From Epiperipatus broadwayi (Eukaryota; Animalia; Onychophora): a stretch of DNA of 64,000 nt. The stretch is from assembly GCA_028023455.1 (NCBI GenBank), contig JAQFVV010000009.1:11594001-11658000 (forward strand), read 5' to 3'. The position numbers and the translations under genes are program-made. The notes below the pieces were generated by a model. That model had not been told where the DNA came from. It saw only the letters and a program-made list of their open reading frames with translations, and made no database searches. Of the stretch, positions 39,901 through 53,500 are shown piece after piece (within the stretch, counting starts at the first letter, position 1; the number at the start of each line of letters is the position of its first letter).

Positions 39901-41000
39901 ACCATGCCTGATAATCCTCACTTAAGTTTTTTTCATTTGCTAGGGTAAACGTAATAGGGTGAGTCGGGAGTTGCATGATGATGTTGTCTTCCTTGAGAGT
40001 ATTTATCCATATCCGCGATACTATAGATATGACTTCCATAGTCTAATAAAGCCTTCATGCTTTGGGATCCAACTCATACTCCTATTGTAGGTGATATGTT
40101 CATCGTTTCTCTCTCTTCATGGTCATCCTTCTCATTAATAATCATATTCCTTGGGCTGATGCTGCCTGACATTAATTTTTCTCCTCCTTGGTTGTTGTAT
40201 TGATGACCAAACTCTGGATCCTTATCTTTTCTCACCTTTTGACTTTTCATAGTGTCAAGTTCTTTGACCTGTGTTGCAGTCTTGGATTCAATATCCCATT
40301 GTCAAAGGATGTTAAAAATTTGGTCATTTCTGTTATATCAGAAATTTGACTGCAGAGCATTATCCTCTGCAACAAGCAGGCATGTTTTGTCTGATAATAC
40401 GAATGATTTGAAAATTGGAATAAGGAAATGCAGTGAGGGTTTTAAACTTGGACACCTGACAAAAAAATTGTGTGAGACTCTCTGGATCGTGAGCCTGGTA
40501 TTTCTCGGTCATCAATGTATGTTGGATACCCTCCTGACAGTTTTCTCCCCAAAAATTCTGCAATAGAATGACCTTATACTCTTCAAAAGTGGCAGGCAAC
40601 TTTTGCAGTGAACGCCACCAATCCTTGGCCATGGCTTTCAAATAGTGGCTGTCAATGGTCACATGGTTAGCTTCATTGGCTTGGCTAAGACAAAATAATA
40701 CTTGAAGACTCTGAGGCTCACCACTGAAAATCTGCAGATGCACAAACCATGCCATCTGTGATGATCTCTGATAATTAATATTGTTTTTGGGGCCCTTAGT
40801 CACCAGATTACTTTGTTCTTCTCTGGCCTTTGATGTTGAGGATGATCTGAGATTTAGATGATTTTCATCCTTCATGTTCTCATTCTGTTGATCCATTTTT
40901 ATATATATTTAAAATGTTGGTTAAAATGAAATGTGGATTAAATTTTTGCTGATTTGGACTCAATAACTTTGCTTTTGATTATGAAACTTTCTCTACTTAT
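36990..41000 (-). pseudogene. Disrupted gag-pol of the Osvaldo-like element
   Basis: ORFs 40360..40896 (gag), 39677..40039 (protease), 39128..39475 and 38744..39004 (RT: LCLDA, STLDLTASYWQ, VPFGL, LRSFLGLYNFY), 38252..38680 (RNase H), 37549..37731 and 37166..37567 (integrase); C-terminal GTFNARYLKPY. Confidence 0.92.
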
Positions 41001-41626
41001 AATATTGGAAATGAACATCTCTTCCTCATCTCTTCAACTGCCTCCATTCCTACACAACCACAAACTCCCATTTCTTGATTTAAACTATCCCCTTTATGCT
41101 GCACCTATCTATTACTCACTGTTGACCATGGCTTAATTTTATTCCACTACACTCAGTTTGCTCCTTAAATTCCCTGTTGGTTGCTCTGTCACACCTGAAA
41201 CAGACTAGAACAAAACATGATTATTACTTAACATATGTATGATACCCAGAGATACAGTCCATAAATATACTAAAATTGACTCTCTCTATATATCCCAATT
41301 ATCCAGGTTCGAATACAATTTGGTTGAATGACATGATTTTTAACACTTTCTGTTGGCCCATTTATACAGTGCCAGCCAACAGTACAATAAACATACATAT
41401 AATATTTAATAGTATACCTGGGTCTTTTTTTACACGGACTTATTTAATGCGATTTTGAAGTTATGCAGTTCATGTTTTCTTGGAAGTCGAACTCCGATAA
41501 TGCGCTATTACTTTAAATAATAAATTTCGTGCACTTATGTCATATTGATAGTAATAGCACATTATTGGAATTCGACTTTCATCTTAGTAATTTCAATATT
41601 TTCAGTGCTTTATAATAGTAAGAAAT

Positions 41627-43926
41627 GGTTGTCATCTGATCCTTCATGTCAGCCGCTAGAGGCGGGATTTCTAGCTAAATTTCTAGAAATATGCCATTTC
41701 CGCCGCCGCACCCAAGCCTTTAAGCATTCTTTCTAAAATAAATCCTAGAAAGATTGTTAACTCGGAGTTGTCTTCTTTCTATGCTAAAAGGTAGACTGTT
41801 AACTCGGAGTTAAATCTTCTTTCTACGATAAAATCTAGAAAGAATGTTAACTCGGCTTAGCGGCTAATGGTGTGGCTTTTTCCGATGCTAAAAGCAGAGG
41901 AAAATACCGTAGTTGTTTGTGTCACGCACTATATCATAATGCTGTGTTATGTATTTGATGTAACAATATCATACAAGGGTCTATTAATTTGATCGTGTCA
42001 AAATTATTTAAAACGAATTGTTCCTCATAAATTTATATTCCTCCTAAGTTTTCGATTACAGTGGGTTAGGGTAATATTTTAAAGATCACGCTTTGAGTCA
42101 CGTTTCAGTGAGAAATTTTCCGAGACAAAAAGTACGGCAAATTCGAAAACAGAAAAGATGAAAAGATGGGAATTGCCAGACATGGAAGCCGTCAGTGCTG
42201 TAACATTTCTACAGCAGAAAAACATCCTGCTGAAAGAAAAGAAGATGTTTGTGTGGCGAATGTATGAGACTTGAGGTCCATAAAGATCTTTGGACTTTCA
42301 TTTGTAAGTCTTGTTCTTGCCAAAAGAAATGTGCACTTCGAAAAGGCAGCTGGTTTGAGGGATTTCAAATGCCGTTCATCAAGTCTTTATGTTTGCTGCA
42401 TTACCGGAGCCATGACAAGTTGACCGTACAGCATGCCATTAATGATATTGAAATGTCTACCAGTAAATATTATTAACCAAATTGATAAATAAATTAACAT
42501 AACATACACACACAATAATTGTTGTTAACCAAAAAATGTAAATTATTATTTAAAACTACACAAAAACACCCCTCCCACTAATTGTTGTCAATCAAATGTA
42601 AACAAATTAAAGTAACGAAAATTATTATTTAAAGATCCATAAAAAAAAAACCCCCCGTTGTTTCTTTAATTTTGTCACTTAAATTTTTAAAAACAGTATT
42701 ACTATTTAAACACAACCCAAATTACTATTTAAACGTACATCAAAAAAGATCCTTTCTTGTCAATAATAATCAAATTAAGAACTATTATTGTCCCATTGTC
42801 AAAAATATTAAGTTTTTGGGAAACCAAAACAATATAATTTATAAATGAAAAAAAAGTCAATCGGTTGTCAATCAAATGTAATAAATAAAAGTAACTTCAA
42901 TTTTGATTTAAACATACACACACACAAAAAAAACCCTTTCTCCAAATAATTGCTGTCAGGAATCAAATGTAAAATAAAAAGGAAGGTAAATTAGTATTTA
43001 ATCATCAGCCAAAAACACCCACCCCTCTCACTAATTATTGTCAGCAATCAAATGTACACCACCACTAAAAGTAACGTAAACTACTATTCTTTAAATGGTT
43101 ACACCCCTTTCCCCAATAATTGTTGTCTACAATCGTACATACAAAAAAACACCCCTCCCAATAATTAGTATCGGCAATCAAATGTAAACCAATCAAAGTA
43201 AGACCGCAACTTAAAACTACTATTGTTTAAACGGTTAACCCACCCCTTCACCCAATAATTGTTGTCTACAACTGTACACACAAAAAAACACCCCTCCCAA
43301 TAATTAGTGTCAAACAAATGTAAACCAATCAAAGTAAGATGGTAACCTATTATTTAAACGTAACCCAAATTACTATTTGAAACTACACCGAAAAACAACC
43401 TTTTGTCAATAAAAATTAAACAAACAACAACTATTATTGTCCCATTGTCAAAAATATTTATTCGTAGAAACAAAAATCATAATTAATAAATGAAAGGAAG
43501 TCATATCGGTCGTTAATCAAATGTAAACCGATAAAAGTAACGGTTTTAATTTTTATTTAAACATACACACATGCGCGAAAAAAAAAACACTTCTCCCGAT
43601 AATTGTTGTTGGCAATCAAATGGAAACCTATCAAAGTAACGTCAATTATTATTTAAAGATCTATCCAAAAAAAACCGGTTCTTTCTTAAATATCGGCAAT
43701 CCAATTTTACAAAAACAGTAATACTATTTAAAAAAAAAACACACAAATTACTATTTGAACACACACCAAAAAAGACCCGTTCTCTCTTAAATTTTGGCAA
43801 TCCAAAACAAACAAACAAAAAAAATCAATATTAATAGAGAATTGCTGGCTCGGAAATGTTATATTAATGTGTTTTTGATTACAAATCGTGCCTCTAGTGA
43901 CTGACATGAAGGGTCAGATGACAACC
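41627..43926 (+). mobile_element. Second Merlin family member, internally deleted, nested in the leader of the LTR element
   Basis: TIRs GGTTGTCATCTGA(T/C)CCTTCATGTCAG; degenerate 8-bp TSD taagaaat/taagattt. ORF 42249..42476 is homologous to the N-terminus of the first Merlin transposase; 5' ~42-bp repeats (gttaactcgg) and ~1.4 kb of 3' tandem repeats. Confidence 0.88.
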
Positions 43927-45008
43927 TAAGATTTTATGCAATAATGAAATTAAAATCATGATTTCCACATTTTATGTATACACACATTAAATTTTACAAG
44001 ATTATAATGTAAATTTGTTCAAACATTGTGCATGTTAATTTTGCATTTTAAATCACATTCTGTTTTTGCTTTTTAAAAAAGAACGTAATCAATTATTATT
44101 TTCTTATTAATGACACTAATCATTAACGTGCTCTTAAATTCCAACAAGAGCTAAATGGTTGTATGTCTGGATATTGCGAGCTTCATAAAAAATTAATAAA
44201 ATCATCATCTCAAAGATTAATTACTAATTACATTGTCACCAGAAAATCATTAACACAACATGAGAGTGGAATTGGCGCTAATTGTATATTCCTCTTGTGA
44301 AGAATCTGATTTTTTACCAGTTTGCAAACAAACCTGTTTATCGATAACAATTAAAACGTGTATAAAAAAATGTAAATTACTGTACTGTAAATTATGCATA
44401 AAAATATATTATTTTGAATAAAATTAAACATTATAGTTAAAAAAAGTTTGTCTTTTATCAATTTTTTTCAAATTTGAAATTTTTTATTAGTCATATTTTA
44501 TTTTTTATTTTTTTTTGTGTGAATTTTAAAGTAATTTTACGTTGGTGCTTTGCTTTTATGCGACTTTTGAAAAATCACAGTCCATTTCCCCTTTTTTTCA
44601 AGGTAAGTTACGTCTATTTTTGCACGATTTTGTTTGCGCGTTTTCTGAGGAACCTATCTATCGCATAAAATGAGACTCAGGTGTATTCACAAAATGGTAT
44701 TCTATAAATACCTCCAGTATTCTTAACTTTAAATTTGTCATACATATACAGTACACTACATTTATGTATACATATGCTAATATATATATATACGTGAACA
44801 CATAATATCAATAAATCTATATCTGAGAGAAAAAATATTTTCTTTCCTTTTTTTTTTTTTAGAAAGAAACACGAAATTGATTTATATATATAACTCATAC
44901 ATATAATGATTTATACATAATTTATAAATATTCTTTTTTTATATATATATATATATTTGTTTGTTTTTTTATCTATACAAGCATAAATTTTCTCAGGGCC
45001 ATAGCATT

Positions 45009-45035
45009 GATCAGAGCCCCATGAATGGGCGTACA
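45009..45035 (-). promoter_or_regulatory. Degenerate tRNA-Lys primer-binding site
   Basis: The - strand TGTACGCCCATTCATGGGGCTCTGATC resembles TGGCGCCCAACGTGGGGCTCGAACC (complement of the tRNA-Lys(CUU) 3' end), ~20-30 nt inside the 5' LTR boundary. Confidence 0.6.
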
Positions 45036-45056
45036 TAATCTGGAAAAAAAATCCAT

Positions 45057-47833
45057 TGTACCGGACGTTACACAGCGGTACAGAGACATGAGACTCAAAC
45101 TAGGGTTTTTGAGAATGAATCCCTGACTAAGATAAGAGAGCTAGAATAATAAATAATTATATAAACCCTTTTAAAAAAAAACTAACCAAATAAAGATACG
45201 AACTCTGGATAGGAATAAAAGATACTTTAATTTAATATTATAAAAAAACATTTTATTGTAGACGTATTTTATTTATATAGTTCACGCTAGAATATTTTGA
45301 TTATGCTTACATCTGTAGTTATTATGGGATGTCATGCTTATACATATATAGTGTGGTTTATTTATATGCCAATGTTTAAAAAGAAAAATTATAAAATGGG
45401 TTTATAAAGAGAAACGCTATTTTGATTAAATAATGACCTAAACAAAAGAATTCTCGAGAGAGACACTTTAGTGTTTGAATAAATTAACATAATGCATTTA
45501 ACAAACTATGATCGATACCACTTCGATCACAACAAGAAATATACATATATATAACTGTGATGCCAGATAAATTGGTCTCTGATATCTGTTACATTTTTAA
45601 TTATCAAACTACAACGTTATATACAATGATTCTGAATATGCGAATATTTTCATATTCGATATAACAAACATTATATTTTAATTCTTGAATTATAAGATAA
45701 AATGAGAATTCATTTATGCATATGGGAGCTGCTTGTCTAAGGGAAATAGCTTAATGCAAGCTTTGCATGACATTCTAAATATAATTATATTAATAAATAA
45801 CAAAATGGTTTAGTTATATCACAGTGTTATGGCTTATGGATTAGTTTTAGGCATGATTCTAAAATACTATAATGAATGGTGGTGTGAGCATAGGCAGCAA
45901 AATATAAGATTCAGTCCATTTTGGCTGAGTAGACACTTCATTGTTTAAGCGGGAATAAGAAATGGTACGCCCATTCTTCTGACAGGTCGTATCTGGAGAG
46001 AAAAAGGAAGGTAGGGAGATGCAATTGTCTGTGTAGGGTATCAATGCAGAGCTGCCTCTATTCTTTCTGAAGGTGTCCTAGGGCATTTCCTATGCCAGAT
46101 AAAATGTATATAAGTGAAGATGGAGGATTCGGAGTTCCCGATCATCCTCAAGTTATGACAAAGCAAATAACGATGATGGCTGACCCATGCTGGCAATGCT
46201 ATGAAACTAGGTTGCATTCTTTAATGATGTCAAAATAATTAATGGCCTAAATATAAAATTTGAATCGAGCGTAACAGCATGACTTGGATACTAAACCAAT
46301 TTATATAACTGAAATCTAAAACTAAATGAATGTCTTAATGACATACAATTACATTTTCCTTCATTAAGTGGGTCTCACATGCATTTGGAATCAATAAGCA
46401 TTATTGAATACTATAATGCTAAAATCGTTACATATAACTGATTATTACAGAATTAAAATAAATGGTCATTATTATTTAAAATATCTTATCTGGAATTTAA
46501 GCAATAGCGTTCTTGGATCACATTAAATTTATAATCAATAAAAATACACTCAAGGCAGTATAAAAAAAATAATCTGCCTATAAACAGAAATATTATTTTA
46601 ACTATTTCTCAACCCAGTGAGCCATGGCTTTAAAACAAATAATTTAACATAATTACAATATCCCAGAAGTGCAGGGGGAGATTTAAAAGACTAATTTAAA
46701 TTAGAGGCTAGCGGAGTTGAGTTGATTTGGCATATAAATGACATATAAAATTAAAAAGCTAATAATTATGATAATAAAATTTTCCTCACTAAATAAAATG
46801 TAAGATTTTAACTTAAATAGATGTAAGCATTTGCATATATATAACAGATAGGATTATAGAGAGATTTTCAAGCAGAGATTAAGTACAAATATATAACAAA
46901 AACACACATTAATTATTAATACAGATATAGGTAAGCATGGAACTGTTACCTCACAATGTTACAATGGCTAGGTGGTTCATTCTTTGAACTTTAGTTTACA
47001 GGAATTAGCTTGGTGGTCAGCAATCTCGGTCACTACTGCTTCTTCCATGGCAGGAGTTTCGAGGCATCATACTAGAGGCAGCCTTGAGAGGCACAGGGAA
47101 AGACGATTTGGGCCCTACTCAACTGTCATTTTAAAACTAAGCATCAAAAAATACTGTCAGATTGTAAGACTCTAAGACTCAGACTAAAATAAATCTCTGT
47201 CTTATCTCTAATCTATTCTATTTATACCACCCAAGCTATTACAGGAATGCTTCGGCTCATTTGCCCAGAGACAGATGAGACAATTATTAAATTCCTGAGC
47301 AAATTACAGTCCATTTTAATTAAAAGTAAGATATAAGAAGATAAGGCTCAAATCACTTTCATTAGCAAAACCTTTTAATTAAAGTCTTTAAATTATAAAA
47401 GTAAAACTATGATAAGATGATATTTTGATTAATATAAAATCAAGCATTTAAAATATTTAATTAGTGACGAAAATTTCACAATGGGTTGATTTGAACCTGC
47501 CATCTTGGTTATATCTTCTTTCTCTTAAATTTTTACAAATGTGAAATTAAATGCAAATAATTTTTACAAAAATGACAAACTCTAAGGGATTAACAAATTC
47601 TCTTTAAAAATGTAATAAAAAACACAAGCTTAAAATGTTCAAAAGTATGAAAATATCAAAATCAAAAATATAAAATATTTGTCATAATAGTTTGTAATAT
47701 ATATATAAGTACATATATATGACGGCACTGTAAACATGTTAGTTTATTTTAGGTATGACGGCACTGTAAACATGTTAGTTTATTTTAGGTAGGAAAACAT
47801 GAAGCTCACTCTAATTACAGAGTGATTGCTTCA
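45057..47833 (-). repeat. 5' LTR (~2.77 kb)
   Basis: About 7% divergent from the other LTR in a hand-aligned 260-nt block (19 differences, 34801-35060 vs 45881-46140); private ~36-bp duplication at ~47719-47790. Inner boundary uncertain by ~10 nt. Confidence 0.9.
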
Positions 47834-48249
47834 ATATATATATATATATGTTTATAATTGTTTTCTAGATATGTATGTGTATATATTTTAACATACACAT
47901 ATAGACATAGCATGTGGGAAGATATGCAAGGCATAGTTTACAAAAAGTTTTAATGAAATTATAATTGATAATAAGATTCGTGGTGAATGGAAGGATATAA
48001 CAATTAGATTATTATATTTAAAAAAGGAAACAAAATTTGGATTGTTAATTGGCTGTAGGCCAATAGTATTTTTTTTTTAGTTTATAGAATATTTATATAT
48101 ACAATATATTTATGGATAGAGTTGGATTTGGATGGAAGAGAGTAAAATCTTAGATGGGATTTAGAACAATTTTTTTTGTAAGAGAAACGTAGGGGGTAAT
48201 TTATTCATTGATTAAAATATCTTAAAAGACAAATAAACTATTATTTATT

Positions 48250-49200
48250 GCATTTTTAGGTATTGAAAAAACTTATAATAGAATATATGAGAAAAAATTG
48301 AGAAAATATAGGAACAAATTTGAGGTAGATACTTTTTCTAAATACCATTTGGTGGATGTGGAATCAGTAGAATTCAAATGTAAAGTTGGATTGAACGATA
48401 TCCATTATTTTCATTATTATTTATTTTGTTTCTAAGAAAAGACTGAGAGAGAAAAAAGCTGACTTCCTTAATTAATATTAGGATAATAAGAAAACTGTTT
48501 TTTTGCCAATGATAAAGCAGTTTTTGCATAGAGTTGTTATTAGAGAAGTGTGGGAAGTAGAAAAAAGTATAAAAATTAAATTCACTAAAGAAAAATCTAA
48601 AATCTTATTATTTAATAGGCAAAGTAAAAATGAAAGATGGAAAGTGGGAAATATTTTCTTGGAGAAATGGAAGGTGGGTGGATATTTATGATTTTGTTAA
48701 ACGGAAAAAGTATTATGTAGATAGTTGGATCTTAGGAATTGAGAAGAAAAGCAGAAAATAAAAAGATATTGGTTTAAAATCGGGCATGTTTTTTTTTTAT
48801 ATATATATTAAGAACGAGATATATAAAATAATATTGAACAAAAGGGATAGTGGTGTCTGCTTTAACTAACATTTGGAAATGAAGCATTTATATAGGTTAT
48901 GGAATTGAAAATATTTTTACATAGTTTGTAAAAATAATTAGTAAATTGTGAGTAACAAATGAAAATATTTATGATATTCTTGAAGATTATGATATACGAA
49001 TGAAAATAATTAGAAAAATAATGCTTAATTGGATTATGTGTAGAGAATAACAGATATACTGGGGAAGAAAGATTTTACAATATGAAAAGTTAATAAATAG
49101 CCATTTTATTTTTTTGAATGCCATTTATAAAAGAGATATGTTGTGAGGTGTGGAGGATAGATAAATAGAGAAAAAGAAGTAGAGTTATGGAAAATGAATA
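48250..49200 (+). pseudogene. Highly decayed non-LTR retrotransposon RT fragment
   Basis: FANDK (FADD-like) followed by IKFTKEKSKILLFNR...W.VGNIFLE...YL (ORF 48503..48691), resembling the post-YADD region of LINE RTs. Confidence 0.4.
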
Positions 49201-49570
49201 AAAAAATAGTTTGGAATTATGTAAATATATTTATGATAACACTAAAGGGAGCTTTGTCAGAATAGTGATTGGCAATAAGTAGTATGAAATGTATATGAAT
49301 TTATTTTCATGTATCCTACTTTCAGAAAAAGGGACTGTTTTGGCATGCCTAACAGAGTTTCTAAGCCTATGATCTATTCAAAGTAAGTTCTAACTTCATT
49401 TCAAGAGAAGACATTGTATAGCATACAAATCATTGGTTTTTATTTGTCTTTTATGATAAGAAGAAAAAAATAAGAGAAGGAATAAAAAGCTCGACAAAAG
49501 TTGTAGTCAATAATTTGGAATCAAATCATAAAATATTAGTATATAGTCAAGAATATGTTTGCATACTTTT

Positions 49571-49761
49571 AAGTAATTTAAATTGCGCTTTACACAAAAA
49601 AGTGAAGCTTGTCTAAAATATTAAAGAGTAATATGGTTAAGCACTTTCAGAGAACTTAAGTCTCCATATTCATAGCCTACTTTAATTGAAGTTTAGCGGT
49701 GATTTATGCGAAGTTTTATATAACCTTCACTTTTTTGCGTAAAGTGTAATTTAAAGTACTT
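49571..49761. mobile_element. MITE with ~50-bp TIRs
   Basis: aagtaatttaaattgcgctttacacaaaaaagtgaag / cttcacttttttgcgtaaagtgtaatttaaagtactt. Confidence 0.8.
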
Positions 49762-50440
49762 ACTACTCAAAGGTGAAGTAGAAAACTAGTATTTTATTGC
49801 ATACTTTTAATATTTTATATCCTGTGGAATTAGTTTATGACATTAATCTTTTATCAAAATATATTTACTAATTTGGTATATAATCTAATTACCTGACAAT
49901 AACAAATACCATTGTAAGATTTTGAATTCAATAGTTTTTTTATTTAATAATATAGATTAGTAAGTAAATGTTTCAACTAAAAACAATGTGTGAAGTCTCA
50001 AACTATTACTATAATAAATCTAAAGTCATTCTTTGTTCTGTAAGTTTCACTTTTTAATGAAGTCATAGAAGCAGAAATAGTGTGTGGATGTCTGTTGGTA
50101 TAGATCTAGTAAAAATAGAGGAAAGTTTATCAATCACAAATCAACATTACATAATAATAATCTGTGATTAGTTTGTTTAATCTTTTTATTAACTAGATAT
50201 TTATTAAACAAGGTTTCTCATGAAAGTTTTTAGAGATGCTATGATATACTTGTGTTTTGGAATGAAATAAGCTGAGAATATGAATCCAGATATATATAAA
50301 AAAGTATTTTTAGAAAAATGGAATTTCATATCTATTTAAAGTTTTTTTTTGTCTAAAAAATTTGAATAGATTTTAACATAGGATTCCCATTTACCAAAAA
50401 TGCTTATCACCAGTACATCCATAAAAATATATATTATTAA

Positions 50441-50581
<141 letters not shown>

Positions 50582-53500
50582 TAATATCTAATTTTTACAT
50601 TTACATAGACAACATATAATACCAAATGTATAATTATATATTATAAAACAAACCTGGAATTAGTCTTGAAATATTTTTGTACCCTATATTAATTTCATAA
50701 AATTAAACCATATCTAGCTTATGATTGCTGGGGATGGCAGACCAATCATAAGTTATCTATAGTTTAATATTTATGTTACATAAATAATCTCTATTTTATT
50801 TTTTTATATATCAAGAGATCGAGTGAGAGAAAAAAAAGAATTTTTAATATACAGTATATATGTTGTATCCTCCATGACTGAATTTACATGCATGGCTTTT
50901 TAGTAAATGTACATGCATTTTTTTAATTAAAAATGTATACAAGTCATGTATAAAAAAATTATGATGAAATTTAAAATAATAATAATAATAAGTTAAAAAT
51001 TAAAAATGTATTACAATTATTTATTGTAAAATAAAATTAACTATTAACAATACAATGTTGTCATGGAATCCAGTTGAAAAAAATTCTCTTACATTGTCTG
51101 CTTTTAACAAAAGAAGGGAAATTCTTATTTTCTTTGTTGTGTTACTACAAGATGGAAGTCAAGAAAATTTTAATGAATATTTAAATAGACATAGTGCCAT
51201 CTTGGGGGTAAAAACTTCAGAGTACTTTACCCTGAAATTTCCAGTAGTATAGTTTATTATAGATCTGTAAAAAAAGAATGCCTTAGAAATTAACTTTGAT
51301 TTTACAGGTCTACTAATTGCTTTCAGATGCTGAAAATATGTGACACTTGATATAAGAAAACTTGCCCTCTAATTAGTTGTCCCATGGAAATAGTCTTCTA
51401 TGACTAGATTTATATATTTGTATATTAGACACCCTCAATTATAGGGAAAAAACTTAATGGGAATCAACTACAGTTGAAACAAGTGATGAGAAATTAAAAT
51501 ATTAAAAATTGCTTGCAGATATTTAAAATATGAGGATTCTTATGACCATATATTTATATTCAAAAATTAATGAAATGTGAACTCACTGAAACATAAATAA
51601 GTAACTGAATAAACTTTTTATAAACTTTTTTTAATGAATTGTTAGGAATTAAGAAAGACTTCTTTTTTTTCTGAAACATTGCTCTCCTTACAAATATTTA
51701 AATATAAATATGATTTGTTATATTATTCTCATTTTGTTTGCTCAATAAAATTATTGTTATTTTTAATAATTTTGTTGCTTGTTTATTTCTCATCCAAATT
51801 CTAGGTATATTCATTTACTTTATCTTTTAATAATATTAATATGGAGAAGATAACAGTCAGGAAACATGGATGGGTCTGCATAAAGGCTTGCATTTATGTG
51901 TGTCCAGTCTAGTTGTTATCCATGAATATTATAAATTAATTAATTGAAAATAAAAATTGTATAGTCTCTCCACCATGTACATGACCCATTAGACATTCAT
52001 AATTCCTTAAACTAATTCAGTTTGTAAATATTACATACTGATGATTCTGTATTTATTACCATTTAGTATTTTGTTTAAAAGAGCAATTAGAAGGAGAGAG
52101 AATTTGATATTGTGACCCAAACAGTTACATATTTATTGTCTTTAAGAAAAACTTGATGTTGCTTTCATTTATGTCCATTAACACAAGATATTATTCTTAT
52201 CTTATTTTTATATAAAAACGTCATTTTTAAAAGTTACAAATAAATTATTGCTCATGTAATGTACAAATAAATGATTGTATATGTAATTAAATTATAAAAT
52301 TAAAGAATTATAAAAATTATTACAGTTGATAATCATATTCGTTATATATATATATATATATATAAGTCAAAATACATAATTGCAAATATTAATTCTTAAA
52401 ATGGAATATAAATATTATAGGTTTGAAAACTTTTTTGACATTTAAATAATTTAGAATATGATTTACTATTACATAATTTGATAATGATCCATCAAATCAT
52501 AGACTACAAATCTCTGCTATTTTCATTTTGTCAATTAGAAATTTAATTCACTTAGCTGACATTAGAAAGCTTTTTTAGATGTAGTGATAATTAATATAAT
52601 AATAATGAATACATGTGAAATAAGTGTGCATGAAATAATAATTTTTGACCTTTGTAAAATGAGTAGATTATTATTCACATTGAGTCGGATTTCTAAAATA
52701 TATATTTTATAAAATTGCTTTTTAAAAAAAATAAAGTTAATTTGTATTCTTAGAAGAGAGAAAGCATCTAAGTAATGATCTTGCTTTTAAGAATTGCAAT
52801 TAAGAATTAATTCTTTTAACAACTAAAATTCCTGAGAAAGTTTTTGAATTTTCTGAATCATTATTTTCTGTGATTAGAAATTTTATTATTTTGATTACAT
52901 TTATCAAAATTAAACTGTTAAGGTTTGAATTTCAGGATCATTAAAAAAATTGAATGGTTTATTGCTCAGGAGTTCATAAGAAGTTAAAGCATTAGAAGTC
53001 ACACTGAATCACAATCCATGGATCTTGAGATTCAGAATTCAGCACTCTACCAGTATATTAAGTCATTGTTATGTAGTTGCTGAAATGGCTGACTCCGAAT
53101 ATTTTTTTTTCTTTATGCCAGAGATAATTGATTCTCTAAATCAAAATTTATTTATATTTTCAGAGATGGGTTTGATGGTTGATGTAATGGAACATAACAA
53201 TTGTAATGATCTAAAGTCATCAAATGCTATAGAAAAATCTTACTTAACATGGATAATGATGTCAAAATCATATTTATTAGTATAAATTTCAGGCATGATT
53301 TGATTTACATCATTATCAGAAAAGTTATTGTTACAACATTATCAAGCGATCCTTATGAGGTAATTTGACTAAGATCAACTTGTTGAACCAATTTCAAAAA
53401 ATATTTATCACTAAGATGGAAGTCAAATGAGCATTTTTATAGCACTAAAAGCAGCTTATCTGGCAACGCTAATGTAAATGGTGAAAGAGGGCCTGTCAAA

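Larger units (their letters stand above)
33911..47833 (-). mobile_element. Ty3/gypsy LTR retrotransposon (Osvaldo/Ulysses/Woot-like), decayed, with ~2.8-kb LTRs, inserted in an (AT)n tract
   Basis: Direct repeats at both ends, outer termini TG...CA, (AT)n on both flanks (33883-33910, 47834-47849), gag-PR-RT-RH-IN order on the - strand, PPT-like and PBS-like sites at the expected positions. Confidence 0.9.

Noticed and set aside
53150-53300. Strong acceptor (tttatattttcag|AGA) resembling an alternative to the RLVSMNMP exon
   Set aside because: Reads AGA TGG GTT TGA, an immediate stop, with no similarity to Cav1.
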